33,341 bases of DNA. Origin: Corallochytrium limacisporum Hawaii (Eukaryota > Protista > Pluriformea). The DNA lies in assembly GCA_002811645.1 (NCBI GenBank), contig PDIP01000144.1, positions 17,564 to 50,904 on the forward strand, read 5' to 3'. The position numbers were made by a program, and so were the translations under genes. This document shows, piece by piece, positions 30,951 through 33,341 of this stretch; the stretch's first letter is position 1; each line of letters begins with the position of its first letter. The notes under the pieces are model-generated. The model was not told the origin of the DNA. It saw only the letters and a program-made list of their open reading frames with translations, and did no database searches.

Positions 30951-33109
30951 ACTTTTCTGGTTCCTGTTTTCTAGCTCCTTCCGCCAGCTGGACTTGTATG
31001 GTCTTTGGCGCCCTACCTGAGGGGCAGTTGGTGGTGATGTGTGTTCCGTGCATTCGTCAAGTGGGTTGTTGCTGGCGGCGTTCGTTTTGTGTTTATTTGT
31101 ATTTGTTGGCAACACCAAGAGTCGCCAGTCCTCATCATCATGCAAAGTGACGGACCCACGTCCATGTGATATCCAAATTTCTCAAGGCTTGGGTGGAGGT
31201 CTATGCCCAGTTTGGGGGTCCTTGGTGTAGGATTGGATGAAGCAGAACAACACAGGTGTATCACAAAAGGGAATGGTGCCAAATTCGCTACCATTCAGTC
31301 ATCGAACAAACTAACACCATCATTGTTCTGGTTGTACATGCTATGTACCTTTCTTGCCGACATGGTACCGGAATGGGAAGTGAATCGTCTCTGTATGGGG
31401 GCGCGGTCGTGGCGGAAGCGAGTTCGAAGCACGACGACCGCAGCATAGTAAGTATCAACGGCACAAATTAGGGACGGTTCATCTCACGGAAAACCAACTG
31501 TGCAGTCTCGTCATGACCAAGATGACGGAATCAACACAAGGATTCGACCATAGTTGCGGATCAAAACAAAAACATTGCCAGACCTTCTGTGTTGACAGCA
31601 CCTTGTCATGGATTTGAACAATGTGGACTGTTGCAGGTCTGTACTCAACGGCGGGCCGGAGAACTTCACACGTTGACGGATTAGCAGGGATGCTCTGGGG
31701 ATCAAGGTTCTTTCTCTCTGTTATCTCATCTTCCTCTGACCACTTGTTGCATTGTCAATGGGCGGGTATGAGGTTGTGACGGTGCTCCGCGGTCCGAACG
31801 CAGAGCAATTCTCATGGTTGTATCACAGATTGGTTGAACAGCACGTCGGCTATGGCCCATCTGCACCATAGAATACAAGCAGACAACCAAGCTAATTGGC
31901 ACCGGGTGTATACCACGAGGCGCCTACTAATACGGGCGGGTCTCCGGCCTTCTGTCCATGGCCTTTAGGTTGTTCGGTGGTGGTTGCTGTTTGGGCGGCA
32001 GCGTCATCTGCATCAACAAACCGTAAATAGAACCCCGTCTGGTCCAGAACCGGAAATGGGTATTACACTTTCCCGATTCACATCAAGTCATGAGACATCC
32101 GGACCCTTTAAGTTTCTAGTCGTCACCACTGTTGGAGTTTAGTCAAACTCTAGCACCATGTCATGATGACCAACTGACGCAGGTACTTCTCAGCAAGATC
32201 CGGAAGCTCCCAACAAGTCCCCGCACTCGGAGAGCACCAAACCGAAGCCACAAGAGCGGGGGGTCCCCCCCCCCATAGATGAATCCGCCGAATCCGACAA
32301 TGCGAATAAATAGACTCCCTTTTGAAGAACCGGCCCTGCTCGCCCCCAATGCATTAGGGGGCCTATTTTTAATGGCACACACGTACATTATTTATGGTGC
32401 CAAAGCGTAGCGGGGAAATCTTTGCAAGCACCCACCCCCTCTTCTCTCCATTTCGACAGGGTACTTCTGCGAGGAAGGAGGGGAGGGATTTGGGGACACA
32501 CCTGGTGAAGAATGTGCGGCCCGGCCCGCACAAGAAGGTAGCTTATACAGGGACCTTGTCCCGAGGTGTCACACAATTGGGGACCTGAAGAATGCGTTTT
32601 TCATCTCCTCCGAGATGAACGAACGTTGACAGCTCGTCAACCCTGCACGACCGGTACCACCAAGTACATATTACTTTGGACCCCGAGACTTGCCAACAAG
32701 AACAGTTTCCTGGCAAGGGGCAAGGTTGGTAGTGGTGGTGGTTAATTTCTTCTTGCAGGACAAAGTACCAAGTCACAGGCAGCAGAAAGTTGTGGAAGGT
32801 AGGGCAGCGCCATTTATGCCCTGCTTCTAGGGGACACATGGTAAGTCATCCAAACGCTGCGAAGGGATCACCCTGTCATTGTCCTCAGTTGTCGAGACAG
32901 AGCAGCCGCAAGTAATTGGGATGAATGTGGATGTCTCACATATTACGGCTTCAGGAACGCATGCTGTGCCATCCAAAGGAGACCTGTGAGGGGATCACCC
33001 ACTTGTCGGTCCCAGCTTGGGTGACAGATCACCCAGCAGTGTCAAAGATGGTGGTGCAAATTCCGATGGACGGCGGGTCCGCGTACCAACGCTATCAATT
33101 TACTTTCCT

Positions 33110-33341
33110 AGTACCACCCTCTGTCTGGTATGTCAGGGTCAAAACTCCGAAAAACTTGACTCCCGAGGATCTTTTTCAATCTTGATTGTATAATAATTTA
33201 TATTGATTCTATTCTATTTCATTATATTTTGCTCTTTTTAACAATCATGCACAAATATTTCAATAGCTGATTCAAACGAAGAGTCCCTGCTACTCTCAAA
33301 AATGGACTATTTTGACTTTGGCTTGACATTGAACACATCGT
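33110..33341. repeat. Right copy of the inverted repeat (33110-33236 matches 1-127; AT-rich continuation to the window end); probably a mobile-element terminus
   Basis: 124/127 identity to the reverse complement of 1-127. Bases 33237-33341 are assumed to belong to the same element because the left copy is cut by the window edge. Confidence 0.88.

Noticed and set aside
32582-32602. Plus-strand peptide DLKNAFF resembling a reverse transcriptase motif, with YQFTFL near 33093
   Set aside because: A stop follows within about ten codons, I saw no YxDD or PQG/PFG motif, the upstream sequence is not RT-like, and the two motifs are about 500 bp apart, far more than in real RTs.

Overview
Eukaryotic genomic scaffold with two N-gaps. 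Bases 477-22973 hold six long, apparently intron-free genes: DIS3/RRP44 (+), importin-alpha (+), a CASTOR/POLLUX/DMI1-like RCK cation channel (-), the rRNA m6A methyltransferase ZCCHC4 (+), an animal-type two-domain transmembrane adenylyl cyclase (+) and a beta-alpha fused NAD(P) transhydrogenase (-). About 10 kb follows (22974-33109) with no recognisable ORF, rich in poly-G/C and poly-A/T tracts. The most striking structure is a 127-bp AT-rich inverted repeat (124/127 identical) at the two ends (1-127 and 33110-33236). The left copy is cut by the window edge and similar AT-rich sequence continues past the right copy to the end. Animal-like proteins with no introns suggest an intron-poor unicellular holozoan such as Corallochytrium (inference only). 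Other points of interest: a plant/prokaryote-type channel with a Cys/His-rich insert, the non-animal transhydrogenase architecture, and an 80-nt T-shaped palindromic element upstream of the transhydrogenase. All family calls come from motif recognition by eye, not database searches.
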